A stretch of 64,000 bases of DNA from Azolla caroliniana (lineage: Eukaryota; Plantae; Polypodiophyta), in contig JBHGNT010000001.1 in NCBI GenBank assembly GCA_043228905.1, positions 5,084,001-5,148,000 of the forward strand, in the 5' to 3' direction. Within the stretch, counting starts at the first letter, position 1, and each line of letters begins with the position of its first letter. The notes below the pieces were generated by a model. That model saw nothing but the letters and a program-made list of their open reading frames with translations, searched no databases and was not told the DNA's origin. Below are positions 1 through 13,208 of the stretch, in pieces. Made by a program: the position numbers and the translations under genes.

Positions 1-919
1 AACCTGGATCATTCCCTTGCAACCATGTCCAAACATCCAACTTCAGAACCTCCATAGCCAACGAGTCCCAAGCAAGTTGCTCAGGATCATCCATGATTGA
101 ATGTTCAGACGTGGATTGAAATGCATCAACACACATGTTAAAATCGCCCATAAGTAATCCTGGACATCCAATAGATAGGGTTTGAAGGAGTGAACCCCAT
201 AATGCAATACGTTGAGTGGCTTGGCTAGGGGCATAAATCCCAACCACCCACACAACCTTGCCAAAAAAAGTGATTTCTAGAACCAAAAACCGACCATAAG
301 GATCATTATGCACCACTTGAGGATAATACTTATCCCTCACGATTAATACCACACATGAATAATGATTATTAAGATGTCCTGCATAAAATGATGAATATCC
401 ACGCAAATGCACTGTGGATCCTGCTAACTCATGACACTTATGCTCAACTGCACATACTACATCCCATTCTCTACTTAACAAAGTTTCCCATAGTATATAC
501 TTCTTATGAGGAGAACATGCCCCTCTCACATTCCATGTTACCACTTTCATTCAATCAACAATGTTATGGGAGCACTTGCTCCTTTAGAGCAACCGATGTC
601 ATGAAACTAGTCAAAGCATGCTCTGATGCTGCATATGGATTTTCATGCACCACATCCTTAGGTGAAGGGGTAATCCCTTATCCCTAGATTGTCATTGCCA
701 AGGAACTTTTTGAGGGCCCTCCCTAGTTCCTGAATTACCTTGCCATGTGATGACAAGGCTCAAACCCATAACCTATGTGTCTAAGAAATTTTCGAACATT
801 CTAGAACTTCTCGCAATATTCTAGAAAACCTTAGAATGCTCCACGACCCACTATATAATGACGCCCTCTCATTCTTGTTGAACCATTCTGCAAACTATTA
901 GAACTGAGTCAAGATGGCA
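1..919 (-). mobile_element. Probable decayed LTR-retrotransposon end (runs off the window)
   Basis: Ends ...CAAGATGGCA at 919, where homology to the kinase exon begins. GCTCTGATGCTG at ~620 resembles a decayed reverse-complement Met-tRNA PBS (GCTCTGATACCA). No clear protein motif. Confidence 0.35.
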
Positions 920-985
920 ATTGTGGTTAGTACTAGAGGAGATGGCTTCATTGGAGAGATTGAGCACAACATTCACATGTGATGG

Positions 986-2223
986 TGTCGCGAAGTTTCG
1001 CGCGCATGTGTTACTTGGGCGGGACCACGGGGGTCTTGGACTAGGGAGTACTCAAGGGATAAATATTTATTTATTTATTTATTTAAAATCCTATAAATAT
1101 AAAGCACTCTTCGAACCCACTCTACGAATCCTCACTCTACGAATCCTCTCTACAAACTCTCTCTACAAACTCTCTCTACGAATCCTCACTCTGCGAACCC
1201 ACTTTACAAACTCTCTCTACAAACCCACTCTACGAATCCTCTCTTTGAACCCACTAAACGAACTCTCTCTACGAATCCTCTCTACAAATCCTCACTCTAC
1301 GAACCCACTCAACGAACTCTCTCTACGAACCCACTCTACAAATCCTCTCTTCGAACCCACTCTATGAACTCTGATATCGGCCAAAGAAATAAATACGTAT
1401 TCGATTCCAACGCTAGAGAACCCTTTATAATATAGGGTTTGACTACAATGGAAACTTCTAGTCAACCACAAGCTCAATCAAAAAATAAATATTAAATGCC
1501 CTTAGATACAAGAGCAAAACCGAACACGGCGAAGATGAACACACGAGCACCACCAAAAGGCCAACCCCAACGAACCATGACCACCCGAACGGCGAGCACA
1601 CGGGCTCGCAACGACGAATGGGGCTCGCAACGTCTAACCAACGAAGCTTGCGCTCACGAGCACTTCTAGTGCCAACGCGAAGAAGGCGAGCACGTGACGA
1701 TGAGGGGATGAAGGGGTATGAAGAGATGAAGAGAAGTGGTGAAGAAGAAGATGAAGAGCTCCGAAGGAAAAATTGCGATAGTCTCCTCCTCCCAAAACGT
1801 CCTCTTGAATAAGCCCCCTCGATCTCCTTTTATAGAAAAAAAAGAAAGGGGGGGTCGCCAATTTTGTCTTTAATGCAAAAAGGAATAAAATTCCTTAAAT
1901 CACGTTGCATTATAAGAGTAGATTTGAACCGTGCACCCCTAGTTAAAAATTAATGTGACTATCCACTAGCCCATTAACTCTCTCTTATATAATATATAAT
2001 TCTATCTCTATAAACTCTTAGCCTATCTCCCCTCTACCTTTTATATCTCCTCTCTCTTACTTTTTGCACGAGCTTCTATATATCCTTTCCACCCTTTCTT
2101 TTCCTTTTTATTTTGCATATGCACAACAAATCGCCTTTGTGTGCACACACATTGCATATGCACATTTTGACCCCCCCCTCTTTCGTCGGTTTTTCCCACT
2201 CTTGAGCACACCACATCACGACA
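986..2223. mobile_element. Solo LTR (~1.24 kb)
   Basis: TGTCGCG...CACGACA termini (TG..CA, short inverted repeat) precisely interrupt the duplicated exon. Flanks ATGG/ACGA match the single GCGG in the intact gene, i.e. a decayed 4-bp TSD. Confidence 0.75.
1105..1370. repeat. Degenerate short tandem array (CTCTACGAAxCC-like units) inside the solo LTR
   Basis: Repeated CTCTACGAATCCT / CTCTACAAACT / GAACCCACT units; explains the repetitive ORF 921-1367. Confidence 0.8.
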
Positions 2224-3322
2224 ACGATTCTTGAAGTAGGAAATTGTTATTATGCCTTGATTTATAAGAAGAGCTTTCTTCTTGTTGGGATGATGTCGAT
2301 GATGCTAGTCTTTGGTCTTATTAGGATTGAGGAATATTTCTGTCTCGATTTCATCAATTCGCGATGCAATTGATGCTTATGTGCCGCAATAGAGTATAAA
2401 ACAAAACTCATAAAATCATTTTGCTACTTTTGTTCTCAAATTTCACTATCCAGTAGCATGATTAGCTTGTTTGCACCTCTCTGTATTGATCTCTTTCAGA
2501 AGCATTCAATTGCCTTTGTTGTGAATGGAATCCATTGAGTGTATGGCGTCTACTTAGTAGTTGAAGAGAAACAAAATAAATAGTATATTTGGTAGTAAAT
2601 AGACACAAGCATACTTTATATAGTGTCATATTACAACTCACTTTGTCTAATCTTAGATAGGTCGCATACAAATTAATTCCTTCACATTAACAATACCATA
2701 CACAATTTATAAGGTTACGACAAGGGACTACACAAATGGATTTTAATGCACACCTGTGACCACCCTACTTGCGTGATCAAACAAATATTGCACCGTGCAT
2801 TATGCATATAGGCTGCCTTATGTCATGAAAAATTTCCGAACATTATAATGTAAATGCAATGCATCACGAGAAAGGTACTACTTAAATGCAATTGGATTAA
2901 TGACATTTGTCAATGTTGAAGGAAATAACACCAAAAATATTGACACGTACAATCGGATCCACTTGTGTAAAGGTGATACATATAATGAATATGTGTGAAA
3001 ATGGAAAATACTAGTATGATACATTTATGTATATCAAAGTTATAAATATGAAATTTGATAACAACATTATGCGAAAATTCGATGCAAAGTTCTTTCTGTT
3101 TAGATTTTGACACAAGGTAAAAGATTATGACAAGCAGAAATTATGGAATAACTTGGAAAAGGAACAAGGAATTTGATTAAATCAAGCCAATAATGCAGTA
3201 ACTAAGATTAATGGCTTGTGTAGACTTTTCAAGTAATATACTAAGGTGTATCTTCCTTATCAAAGAAAAAAAAGAAAAAATAAGAAGATTAATGGCTTGT
3301 GGAAAATAAGGAAATATGGAAT

Positions 3323-3326
<4 letters not shown>

Positions 3327-3368
<42 letters not shown>
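3327..3368. repeat. (GA)n microsatellite
   Basis: Direct reading. Confidence 0.95.
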
Positions 3369-3373
<5 letters not shown>

Positions 3374-3452
3374 GAAGAAGAAAACTTTATTGAATGATAG
3401 TTTCTATCTCTCTCTACAACAAACCGACCACACAGAGAGGAGATGTGGTGGT

Positions 3453-5950
3453 TATAGGTAGCAATGGGCCCGGTTCGGTTCGTTTTTTTTGCCTTGAAAC
3501 CAAACCAAACCACTTATTAAGAAAAAAAACCCAACCAAACCATTTTGAACCGAACCGTTTAAACCAAACCATTTAAGAAGTATGAGAAACCAAACCATTT
3601 AAGCCAAACCCTTTAGGAACAATTTAGAACCAAACCAAAGCATTTACGAAAAAATCAGAACCAAACCAAACCATTTACGAAAAAACCAAAACCAAATCAA
3701 ACCAAACCACTTTAAAAAAATGTAACAAAAGACATTGCAACATCTAAACCAAAACCAAAGATTCGTTAGACATAATAAACATAAGTAGAGGTTAGATAAA
3801 CATAAAAACAAAACCAAAGACAAATAATAATAAACAAAACGAATTAGAGAAAGAAAAACAAAAATTTAGACATTTTAAATGTTTTTTGAAGAAGAATACC
3901 ATAATAATCAGAAATTTTCTGATATTAAAGTTTTGTGGAGAATGTATAGATAATACACAAAAAACTAAAGGTTTTTTGGAATGAAATCCTAGAGCTTATG
4001 ACCAACAATCGATCATATACAATTCACGTCAACATTTAAGTTTGTATCCACCATTTACAACAAAGTCAAAAATATAAGAAAACTGTGAAAAACCTCTACA
4101 TAAACTAATGCTCCTCTTTTAGTTTCCAGTGTTTACTTTCAGCTTGAATTACGGATTCCTAGAAGTATAAAATATGTAAAAGAATTAATTAGTAATAAAA
4201 AAATAAAAAATAAAAATAAAAACAAATTCGTAAAAGTATGCACTAAGAAATTACAATGTCTTCGAGGATCTTCAATTGCAACTTGCATTTCATGGACTTC
4301 TGAAAAAGTATCATGATTCCTGTACCATGTACATATAAAAAACATCAAATAAGTAAAAAACTAGTAATGAAAAATAAACTTAAAGAATGAATTAAAAGGT
4401 ATGCACACCTTATCTCCCATGATTATCACGTAACATGTAATCTATTACCTCGTCTTCACCAACAAGATCATCTAGATTAAATTTTAGTTCTTCATAAGCC
4501 ATGTGAAAGTTATCTGTTATTTGAACATCCGATTCTTGCAAAACTTGCATCCATGATCGAATACACATTTCGGCCTTGAATGTGCATGAATGTAGTTTGA
4601 TCCTATCATCAAAGGTCATTTTTGCTGCTGAATTTGCCTCTTCAACAGGTACTGATGATGCTGGCATAGCAAGGTAATCACATGCCATCCTATACAATTG
4701 TGGCATTGCAGATATATTATCATGCCACCATTATAAAGGATCCTTGTCTGTGCTAGCTAAAGGAAGTCTTATGAATTGCTCAATTTCTAATCGTGAATCA
4801 AAAACAAGACTTTTATTGTGTACACCCATTAACCTCCAAATTTTAGATTTATTATCAATAGGTTGTATTGTGGTTGAAGATGGCTCAACACCACTCGAGA
4901 ATGAGTGGTAATGGGACTCAATCATGCCTTCAACCAAGTTAATATCCAACTCTCTTTCGATATGGTCATTTGGAATAGGCAATCTATAAAGGAATGAAAA
5001 ATATTATTAAACTCGAATAAAATATCAGAAAGCATGAAGACAATTGTAAAACTTAAAGGAAAGTATTACCTGGGATCAAGAAACATTGCAATGCGCGATG
5101 GAATAGACTTTAACGATTCTTGATACTTAATTAAATATTGTAAGCAGTTCTCAGACGCTTTTTGAAGCACCTCTTGTGTGAATCTAGATGATCTCGGAAG
5201 TGAAGAATCTAAAAACTGATTACAATGATTAAGTAAACAATTATAAGCTAGTGATGCTAATGATAATGTAGGATAATGTAGGATAAGCTCGTCTCAAAGT
5301 GGTTCAAGCTATAATGATTCCAATGATTTCTTATTTTTTGCCATTGTTACCATGGACAAAGAAATCACTTGATCATTTTTCACTTAAATAAACACTATAG
5401 AAGAAAGAAACAAACTTTGGTATGAATTGGGTAATCATGGAACAATATTTGTGCATAGGTACCAAAGCTTGGGCAAAAATAATTAGTTATTTTGCGGAAA
5501 AGGTTAGTATATACCATGGGAAAACGAGAATTACAGCTTTGTGGTGGCATGTTGTTAATATTACCTGCCAATTTAAATGTTCAAAATCTATTATGGTTCA
5601 ACAATTGGTGCTTTCTTGGCAGCGATGTTTGAATTTGTTTAAATGGAGGCCTCTTGAGTGCAGAAAAGATATAAATTCATTAGCAGCAGAGGTGTTGGCA
5701 GCTTCAAGGATGTTACGTTGGGATGGAAAAGAAAGTCTAAATTCACAGTTCAATCGAATGGTAAGGCTAGGATTAGTAATTGTGGAAGATGGTATTTTAG
5801 AGTCACGTAGGAAAATGATGGCCTTTCGGGCAATAAAAAATAAGTTTCATATACCACTGGATATGGGTATATTTGGCAATCAATATTGGCATTCCTACAT
5901 TAGTTTTCCCGATTCCAGAGTTGTGTTGGCCTAGAGGGTGCAAACAACTT
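3453..5950 (-). mobile_element. Decayed hAT-superfamily DNA transposon with intron-containing transposase pseudogene
   Basis: hATC dimerisation motif PQLYRMACDYLAMPASSVPVEEANS...CIRSW (4410-4706). RIAMFLDPR motif at ~5070-5100 next to a GT-AG intron (~4984-5069). Frameshifted BED-finger-like remnant (ECQY*..SSGI*NL) at ~5840-5900. Terminus TATAGGTAGCAATGGG and AAACC subterminal repeats at 3453-3720. Other terminus not found. Confidence 0.8.
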
Positions 5951-6427
5951 ACCAAACCAATTTGATGGAATATGAAGTGCAAGCAACCGTTGTTGCCGAC
6001 CTCATCAAACATCTTAACAATGAAAAAAATGGCCATGAACGACAAAACAAAATTGGGCATCGACAGAATCCAGATGATCGTCGTGGCGTGGAAGAACCGG
6101 ACAAAGACAAAGATAGACAATTGTTCGGCGACAGTGTGGAATCAATGATCGCGACAAGTGGTAGAACTCCAGATACTCTAGGCGGATGCAAAGAACCAAA
6201 AGAAGGACGGCGACCATTTTTACAAAAATTATGGATGAAGAAAGCATTGTTACCATCCGGGAAGAATTGTCGAATGACTTTTATGCCTAAGTTGGTCGAA
6301 ACACAAATTGAGGTTGTCTCGAAGCTCATCGAAAGGCTGAAGATGATCAACTCGAGACCCAACTGTAGTTCGAGAGATATGAGCAAGAACGTTGACGGAG
6401 AACAATATTATTAGTTAGGAAATATTA

Positions 6428-6742
6428 TAGGAATGGATGGATCTGGATAGTTGTACCGATTCGGATCCACACCAATTAATAGTGCCGGTAGTCGGTAAGG
6501 CACCGTTTTGTATTTCCTACCGGATGCCTATAAAAGGGTCTGGAATCGATGTAATTGTTTTAACGAAAGTAATATGAGATTAGTGTTCTATTTTACTTCT
6601 ATTGTGTCTCCGCACTTGTCATTCTGCGCTTCAAGGGTTAATCTTACACGTGTCATAATTAATCTGTTGTATGTTAACAATCCAGAACGTAACCAAAATT
6701 AGTTGGATCGGAATCGGATAGCCGGATAACATCCATCCCTTA
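6428..6742. mobile_element. Possible old hAT-type MITE
   Basis: Imperfect inverted termini TAGGAATGGATG / CATCCATCCCTTA with CGGAT-type subterminal motifs at both ends; no TSD seen. Confidence 0.4.
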
Positions 6743-6759
6743 ACCACCCCTTTGGTGAA

Positions 6760-7604
6760 GTGTTCTAGAACGGACACCCTGTGTTTGAGGCTAAGTCCAG
6801 CCCAGAGTAAACAAGTTGGTGGTCGAGGACTCATGGAAAGATTGGTCATTTGGTATTGGGAAATCGATTTATGTGGTGCACACTAATGATATGTACCATA
6901 AGTTGGTTGAAGATAGAGCTTGGTTAGCCAATAAGGTTTTGGATACATGGTACATTACTCGACATGTAATGTGGTGGTGTAGAGTTTTAGATATAGGGTA
7001 GCAGTCTTATCTTCCATTTCGTGCAAAGGTGTTTCTTTGGTGTGCCATAGTTGGTGGGTTGCTTTTGGTGATGGCCTAAAAACGAAGACATATTTCGAAT
7101 GGGACATGTTTTTTCTGTACAGTGGTTGAAGAAGATGCCAAACATAGGTTCGTTACATGTTCAGTTGCTAAGGCCATTTGGGTAATTATGTCACAAATTT
7201 GGGCATTGATAACAAGAAATATTTTGTCAAGTTATAAGTAGGTTTTTATGGATGAGGATAAAGTTATGCCCACACCATCATATAAGGTTGTTTTTTACTA
7301 CCTTAGATATTGGGGGACTTGGTTTAATTGGACCATGAGAAATGGGTTCTTGTTTGGCGTACTTCATGGGGTAACACAACAACTCCGTAGGATGAAAGGG
7401 AAGTTGATTTGGCAATTTTCACAATTATGTTGTATGGGGACGTTGTCCCAAGAGGAGATACACTTATGTCATCTAGTTTTACAACACTTGAGAGGGTTTC
7501 CCTTTGCACTATCATTATTTATGAAGTAGTGAAGATAGCAAGGGTTATATTATCATCTTGTTTTAATAACAAACATTGATTTACGGAAAAAAAAGGAAAA
7601 AAAA
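6760..7604 (+). mobile_element. 5'-truncated L1-type LINE 3' fragment
   Basis: Frame from 7023: AKVFLWCAIVGGLLLVMA*KRRHISNGTCFFCTVVEEDAKHRFVTCSVAKAIW (zf-RVT, C-x2-C-x8-H-x4-C). A-rich tail at ~7587-7604. Confidence 0.8.
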
Positions 7605-7712
7605 GAGACAAATTTTCTTTATTGGAGAGTATAAATTCTTACGCTTTGTGGAGTGATTCACTAGCCTTCTAATAGTGTGCACGTATTTATTAATATAATT
7701 ATGTCTTTTCAT

Positions 7713-7863
7713 GAGAGAGAGAGAGAGGGAAACATGGTGGTTGTTTTATATTATAGGAAGCCACCACATATTCAGGTTTTGTGGTTGTAATGCTATGGTG
7801 GATTGTTTTTTAACTTTCAACAAATTGAAGCACCAAGTAGTGTGTAGACATAATGTACTTCAT
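7713..7863. repeat. ~150-bp dispersed direct repeat, copy 1 (copy 2 at ~11353-11509)
   Basis: (GA)n-GGG..AAACATGGTGG...GTGTAGACATAATGTACTTCAT is shared at high identity. Confidence 0.9.
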
Positions 7864-9244
7864 AGATTGACATATTCGCATTCGTGGGGTTTCCCATTCG
7901 AATGCATACGAATACGCATACAAATGCATGGTCAAGTATTCGTTTATCCCTCCCCCCCCCCCCCCCAAAAAAAAACAGTCCAAGAACTCCCTTCTTTTTT
8001 AGTTTACTAGGATAAAAAGAAGGGACTTCACAATAAAAAGGGACTATAAAAAGGAACATTAAGAGGAACTTGACACTAATCAATTTTTATAATAAATATA
8101 AACGTATTCATTTTATTTTTAATAAATAAATAAAATAAAATAAAGGTTCATAAATTCCTTACTTTTTATTCTCTCAAAAATTATAGATATTTTATTTTGA
8201 TATTAAAAATTGGACTTCACACTAATCATATTTCTATAATAAATATACAAATATTCGTTTTTTAAAACAAATTAATTAATTAAAATAAAGGTTCATAAAC
8301 TTCCCCATTTTTTATTTGACACTATAAAAGAGAGTTAATACTAATCATATGTATATAATCTATTAATGAATGATTGTTCTTTTTTTTAGTGAAATTAAAT
8401 TTATTTAAATAAAAAAATAAATTAATTAATATTTTATATATTTTGGTAAAACGAATGGTTTTATAATATTCTTGGGGCCATTTCATACTCTCGAATATTG
8501 AGAATATCACGCATGGAGAATATGACGAATATCACGCATGTGTCAATCTATGAATATAATTATGTCTTTTCATGAGAGAGAGAGAGAGAGATACATAGAT
8601 AGATAGATTATATTATCGTCTTCGGAGGTCAAATATGACCTATGAGACCAAAAATATTATATTTCACGTTGTCGTGCCGTTCGGCTCCGGATCGTTGCGT
8701 GAGTCGGGTGGGAACCACCGGGGTTTTGTTCTAGGAGGAGGAAGAATTTGAGGCTTGTGAATCCCACAAGTATTACGTTAATCAATATTTATGTAAGAAT
8801 ATGAATTTCGATTGAAAGAGATAGATTATATAAAACTTCGTGAATCCTACGAGTATAGTTTATTAATTGGTGTTTTAGGAAATATATCCAATTTCCCAAA
8901 TATTTTTCACCCCCCCTACCCTATTACATTGTGCTCCTCATCCTTATATAGTGATGAGAGAGTCTTTACAATCCATGCTTTTTCTCTAACTATAGACTCC
9001 ATGCTTTTTCTGTCGATAGACTACATGCTTTTTCTAAAAGTGATCATGCGTTTTTATTATTATTATCTAACTATAGCTTTTTTATCTAGAAAATATACGT
9101 GAAATAAAGCTTCTATGTGGGATGTCTACTTTTTGAACACTAATGAAATGCTAGTGTAATGGTAAGACATTACATTATTAACATGGAGGTGCAAGGTTTG
9201 AATTTTGCCCTATGCATGTTATATGTATTTTAATATTTTCTACT

Positions 9245-11262
9245 ATTTATTCATATTTATTAAATCGGTACTTTATAAGTTTTTCACGTAGTGTACGAAA
9301 TACACTACGACAACGTGATACGTGTGAAAGTGAGTAGTGACTCTCGATGTTCAAGATCTTTACCAATGAATGTTGTAATCGAGTGTGCACATTGTGGTTG
9401 TGAGAGGAATTCATGCAAAGATTGGGCTTGATCGAAGAGATGTGGAAAGCATGGTCGAATATTATCAAAGGCAGAGCATTGTATCAAAGTGTGATACTCA
9501 GACTCGCGAACTTGTTTAGGGCAAAGTGTGCATAGCCGACCACTCTCATCACTTGTACCCCAACGCCCTGTTTCACATCGCAATGCATGTGAGCTAACGG
9601 TATGGGCTCTAACATGTATGGATGTGTACGATTTCCCCGTTCCGCAAAGAATATGGTTTTGTAGTTAGGTGCAACATGTGTAGTATAATGTGTGAAGCGT
9701 GAGCCTCCACATTTGTCCCATGTCATGATACATTGGCGTTGCAAAAATGCCTCATTTACAGAGGAATCTAATGATGCATCATGAAGCAAGTGTCTCGCAT
9801 CCCATCTACCAAACCATTTTTCTATATCTTGCATCCAACCGGAACATAAAAATTTGCTTTTATGCGTCTTTTAGATCTTTTTGCTTGCTTCCCACGCAAT
9901 TCTAGGAAGTCGATGTGAGGGACTTTTTTGAACCTTAAGCATGTATTCAACAACCTTTTCCATGGCCATGATCTCAATGGGGAAGCGATCCCGTCTCAAG
10001 GAGGAGGAGGGTGTAGGGCGTTTGTTTCTTAACTTGTAGAAACTTGGTAAGAAAATGTTTTTGGACATTTTCAAACTCTTTCCACATAGATTTAGGGATA
10101 CTACCGCCCCATACCTCCACCCCATAGAGAAGAACCGGTGTCACCAAAGTGTCGAAAAGATATTTCTTGAGGACCCAACACTTAATATCTCCAAGATTGC
10201 ATGTGTTCTCAAATGCATAGTATGCTCGCTTGCCCGCCTCTAAGCGGCGTGTAGCACATCCATTCCATCTATGATTTGAAGGAACTTCAAGGCCAAGATA
10301 TTTGAAGCTTTCCACACATTCAAGTGGCTCATTGTTGTACATAATGCATGGTTTATCTCTTTTTTGGCTCTTCACAAGCATAATCTTTGTTTTAGAACTA
10401 TTGACACTTAATTTAGTGTGCATGCAAAAAATTTCCAATGCCTTCATAAGCTTTTGTGCATCTCCTAAAGTATTTGCAAAAAACACTACATCATCCGCAT
10501 ATAACAAAAGCATAATTACAACATTCCCAATGGCAACTTCTTCAACACATTCTTCCTTTACAAACTTGGTAACCATTTCTTCCAATTCATCAATGCATAG
10601 ACCAAATAGTGTTGGTGAGAGTGGGCATCCTTGCTTAACACCAATAGTGCTTTTGAAAAAATCCGAAAGTTTATCCCTCATGCGCACACAACATATAACC
10701 CTCTCATAAATTCGGGAAATTGCAAGCATATATTCATTTGGCACCTCAAGTTCTTCCATTCACCTCCAAAGATGCTCATGAGGTACCATATCAAAAGCTT
10801 TCTTGAAGTCTACAAAGCAACAATATAAACCTTTACCTCTAAGGCGACTTTCCTCCATTAATACTCAAAGGGTGATAAGGTGATCAATGGTGCTATGGTG
10901 TTTCCGAAAGCCAGCTTGTCCATAAGCTCTCTTACCACTTTTTTTCAGCCCATACACTTATCTTTGATTCCATTATACATCCAAATAGTTTTGCCATTAA
11001 TGAGCCAACCATGATGGTTCGATAGTTGTTTACATTATTTATATCTCCACCTTTAGGTAATGGTTTGATCCAATTTGTAGTCCAATCGTACGGCATACCA
11101 TGTTGCAATGCATCATTAAACATATCGCTTATCCATATATGTGCTTCCTTTCCCGTCCATTTGAGCATTTCAGCCTTTATACATTGAAGATCGCTTGCCT
11201 TTCGAGAGGCCAATTTCTTAAGTCCTATGCATATATCTTCAATTGTAAAGAAGGGAGGCATA
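9245..11262 (-). mobile_element. 5'-truncated RTE-like non-LTR retrotransposon (reverse transcriptase pseudogene)
   Basis: Consecutive frameshifted ORFs with KGGDINNVNNYRTI, GVKQGCPLSPTLF, LLYADD, FKYLG, LLYGVEVW and C-terminal CTLC..H..C. AATAAAT-type repeat tail at ~9245-9263. Confidence 0.92.
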
Positions 11263-11342
11263 TGTGAAAGAGAACCATAACACATCATCTTTCCAGCAAG
11301 AGATAACTCATATAAATTCTTACAATGCATAGACAAGTCGTG

Positions 11343-11352
<10 letters not shown>

Positions 11353-11374
<22 letters not shown>

Positions 11375-11509
11375 GAAACATGGTGGTGGTTTTATATTAT
11401 ATGAAGCCACCGCATATTCGGGTTTTGTGGTTGTAATGCTATGGTGGATTGTTTTTTAACTTTCAACAAATTGTAGCACCAAGTAGTGTGTAGACATAAT
11501 GTACTTCAT
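11353..11509. repeat. ~150-bp dispersed direct repeat, copy 2
   Basis: Matches 7713-7863. Confidence 0.9.
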
Positions 11510-11529
11510 TAATCTTCATCAACAAGCTC

Positions 11530-12250
11530 AAAGGTTATCATGCTTGTTTTGTGGCATTGTTGTGGTATCTTACAATGATAGGTGGGTCGATTGGTTTATA
11601 CTTTTGTAACCAATCTTTATGATTTCTTAGATTGTTGGTTGTACGAGTATCAAAATACCAAATCTCATTCATTATATTCGAATTTTGGAATAGTTGCCAA
11701 AAGTACTTCCACAGTGCAAGCTTGAAGAACATCTTCATAAATTTTGCTACAATGTAACGTTTATGATCCTTAAGGCAATTGTCATCATTCGCATTTGCTT
11801 GAACTAGGTGAGGTTGGATATGCTTCAAGGTGGGAAACTTCTAAACATGGTTTTGCAATGGTTGAGACAAACCTACATGACATATGTATTTATTATTTAC
11901 ATATTTTATGGTAAAGACTATTAAAACACATCTTTATCCATTGTATTCAACTATCTCCACGTATATCATGTTTGAATGTAGCCAATATTGACATAGTTGA
12001 AGTAGGCTCATGACCCTTTTATAATTAGTGAAAGGAAGCTTTTGTAAGATATCAATTAGGGAGGTACAGTTTTTAGAGTTTTTCGATGGTTCTAAATGTC
12101 GTCCATGAGGACAGAAGCTGAATCTTTTGCCCTTTACTGTCAATTTCTTTTGCTGAATATACATACATTGTCCAATTTTTCTACTTTAAGGTTTCCTACC
12201 TATGACAATTATATTAATAAATTTGTGGAAAAACACTATGATGTTTCTAC
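11530..12250 (-). mobile_element. Ty1/copia gag-protease remnant
   Basis: WYFDTRTTNNLRNHKDWL resembles the copia protease W-x-x-DSGATxH motif; upstream LIDILQKLP and NLKVEKLDN are gag-like. Confidence 0.55.
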
Positions 12251-13208
12251 TCCACGTCTCCTAGCCAATGCTTTAATCATGCTTGTTTGTGCAATAACCC
12301 TCTCTGGGCTGCTGCTCCAACTCCCCCAATTTCCACATAAGTTCTCTTGAGCTGAATGATTGTGTATATCGGTGAGCCCACTTCCGGCCATTGTTCCCCT
12401 CTATGTATATTTTTCCATGTTCATGCATTCTTGTCCAAAAGCAAGCCAACATCAGCAATGCCCCACATAATATGGTCAACAATCTACTGATTAATGAATT
12501 TGACACTCCCCCCCACCATCTTCGCCCCAATCATTATCATTACCTCCATTACTATCTCACCAACAAAACTCACACAAAGCAAATGTAACCACAGTAACAA
12601 GATCCCCAGCCAACCATCAGTACCTCTTCAAATTTCATCGTAGCACACACCACTCCATCACCCTGCATACTTATAGATATGATTCAATTGAAACCATATC
12701 CATTTTAACCTTGCACCATAGCCTTGCGCCTTGCTGTTCACATATATAGCATCCTCTCAGAAATGTAATGTATCACCTAGGTCCTAAACAACTCTACGGC
12801 ATCTAGCATATACTATATTTACGGCTAAAAAGTTCACTACAATATTCCCTAACAAAAAACGAGTTTAGGTGATCAGCTTCTACCTATGCACCTTAGAGCA
12901 GTGAAAGCTAAATTCAAAACCAGATTAATTATCAGAAAGTTATCCTAGACATATAGCTTAACATTAGTGTTAAGTGAAGAATCAAGTTTGTCTAAGAAAT
13001 TTCAAAGGACATTTTAATTTCAATTTTTTGAAGTCTGTAGCACAGTCTAAGAGAATTAGAAAAGTTTCAACTAGCTGATGCCAAATTCGTACAATTAGCC
13101 ATCCATTTGTCGACCGTTCAAACTATTAGATTCCATAGAAAACTACCACCGATTTAAATATAGGTTCATATGATTACAACACATTTTGAGTTACATCCTC
13201 ACAACTCA

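Larger units (their letters stand above)
922..2584 (-). pseudogene. Decayed partial duplicate of the MAPK-like gene's last exon plus adjacent intron, split by a solo LTR
   Basis: 922-985 matches ~13436-13499 (TGGTTAGTAC.AGAGGAGATGGCTTCATTGGAGAG). 2224-2584 matches ~13496-13862 (AAGAAGAGCTTTCTTCTTGTTGGGATGATGTCGATGATGCT; GAATGGAATCCATT). Peptide RQLNASERDQ vs RELDASERDQ. Contains indels and stops. Confidence 0.85.

Noticed and set aside
921-1367. 148-aa ORF as a gene
   Set aside because: Chimera of antisense pseudo-exon, LTR and tandem repeat.
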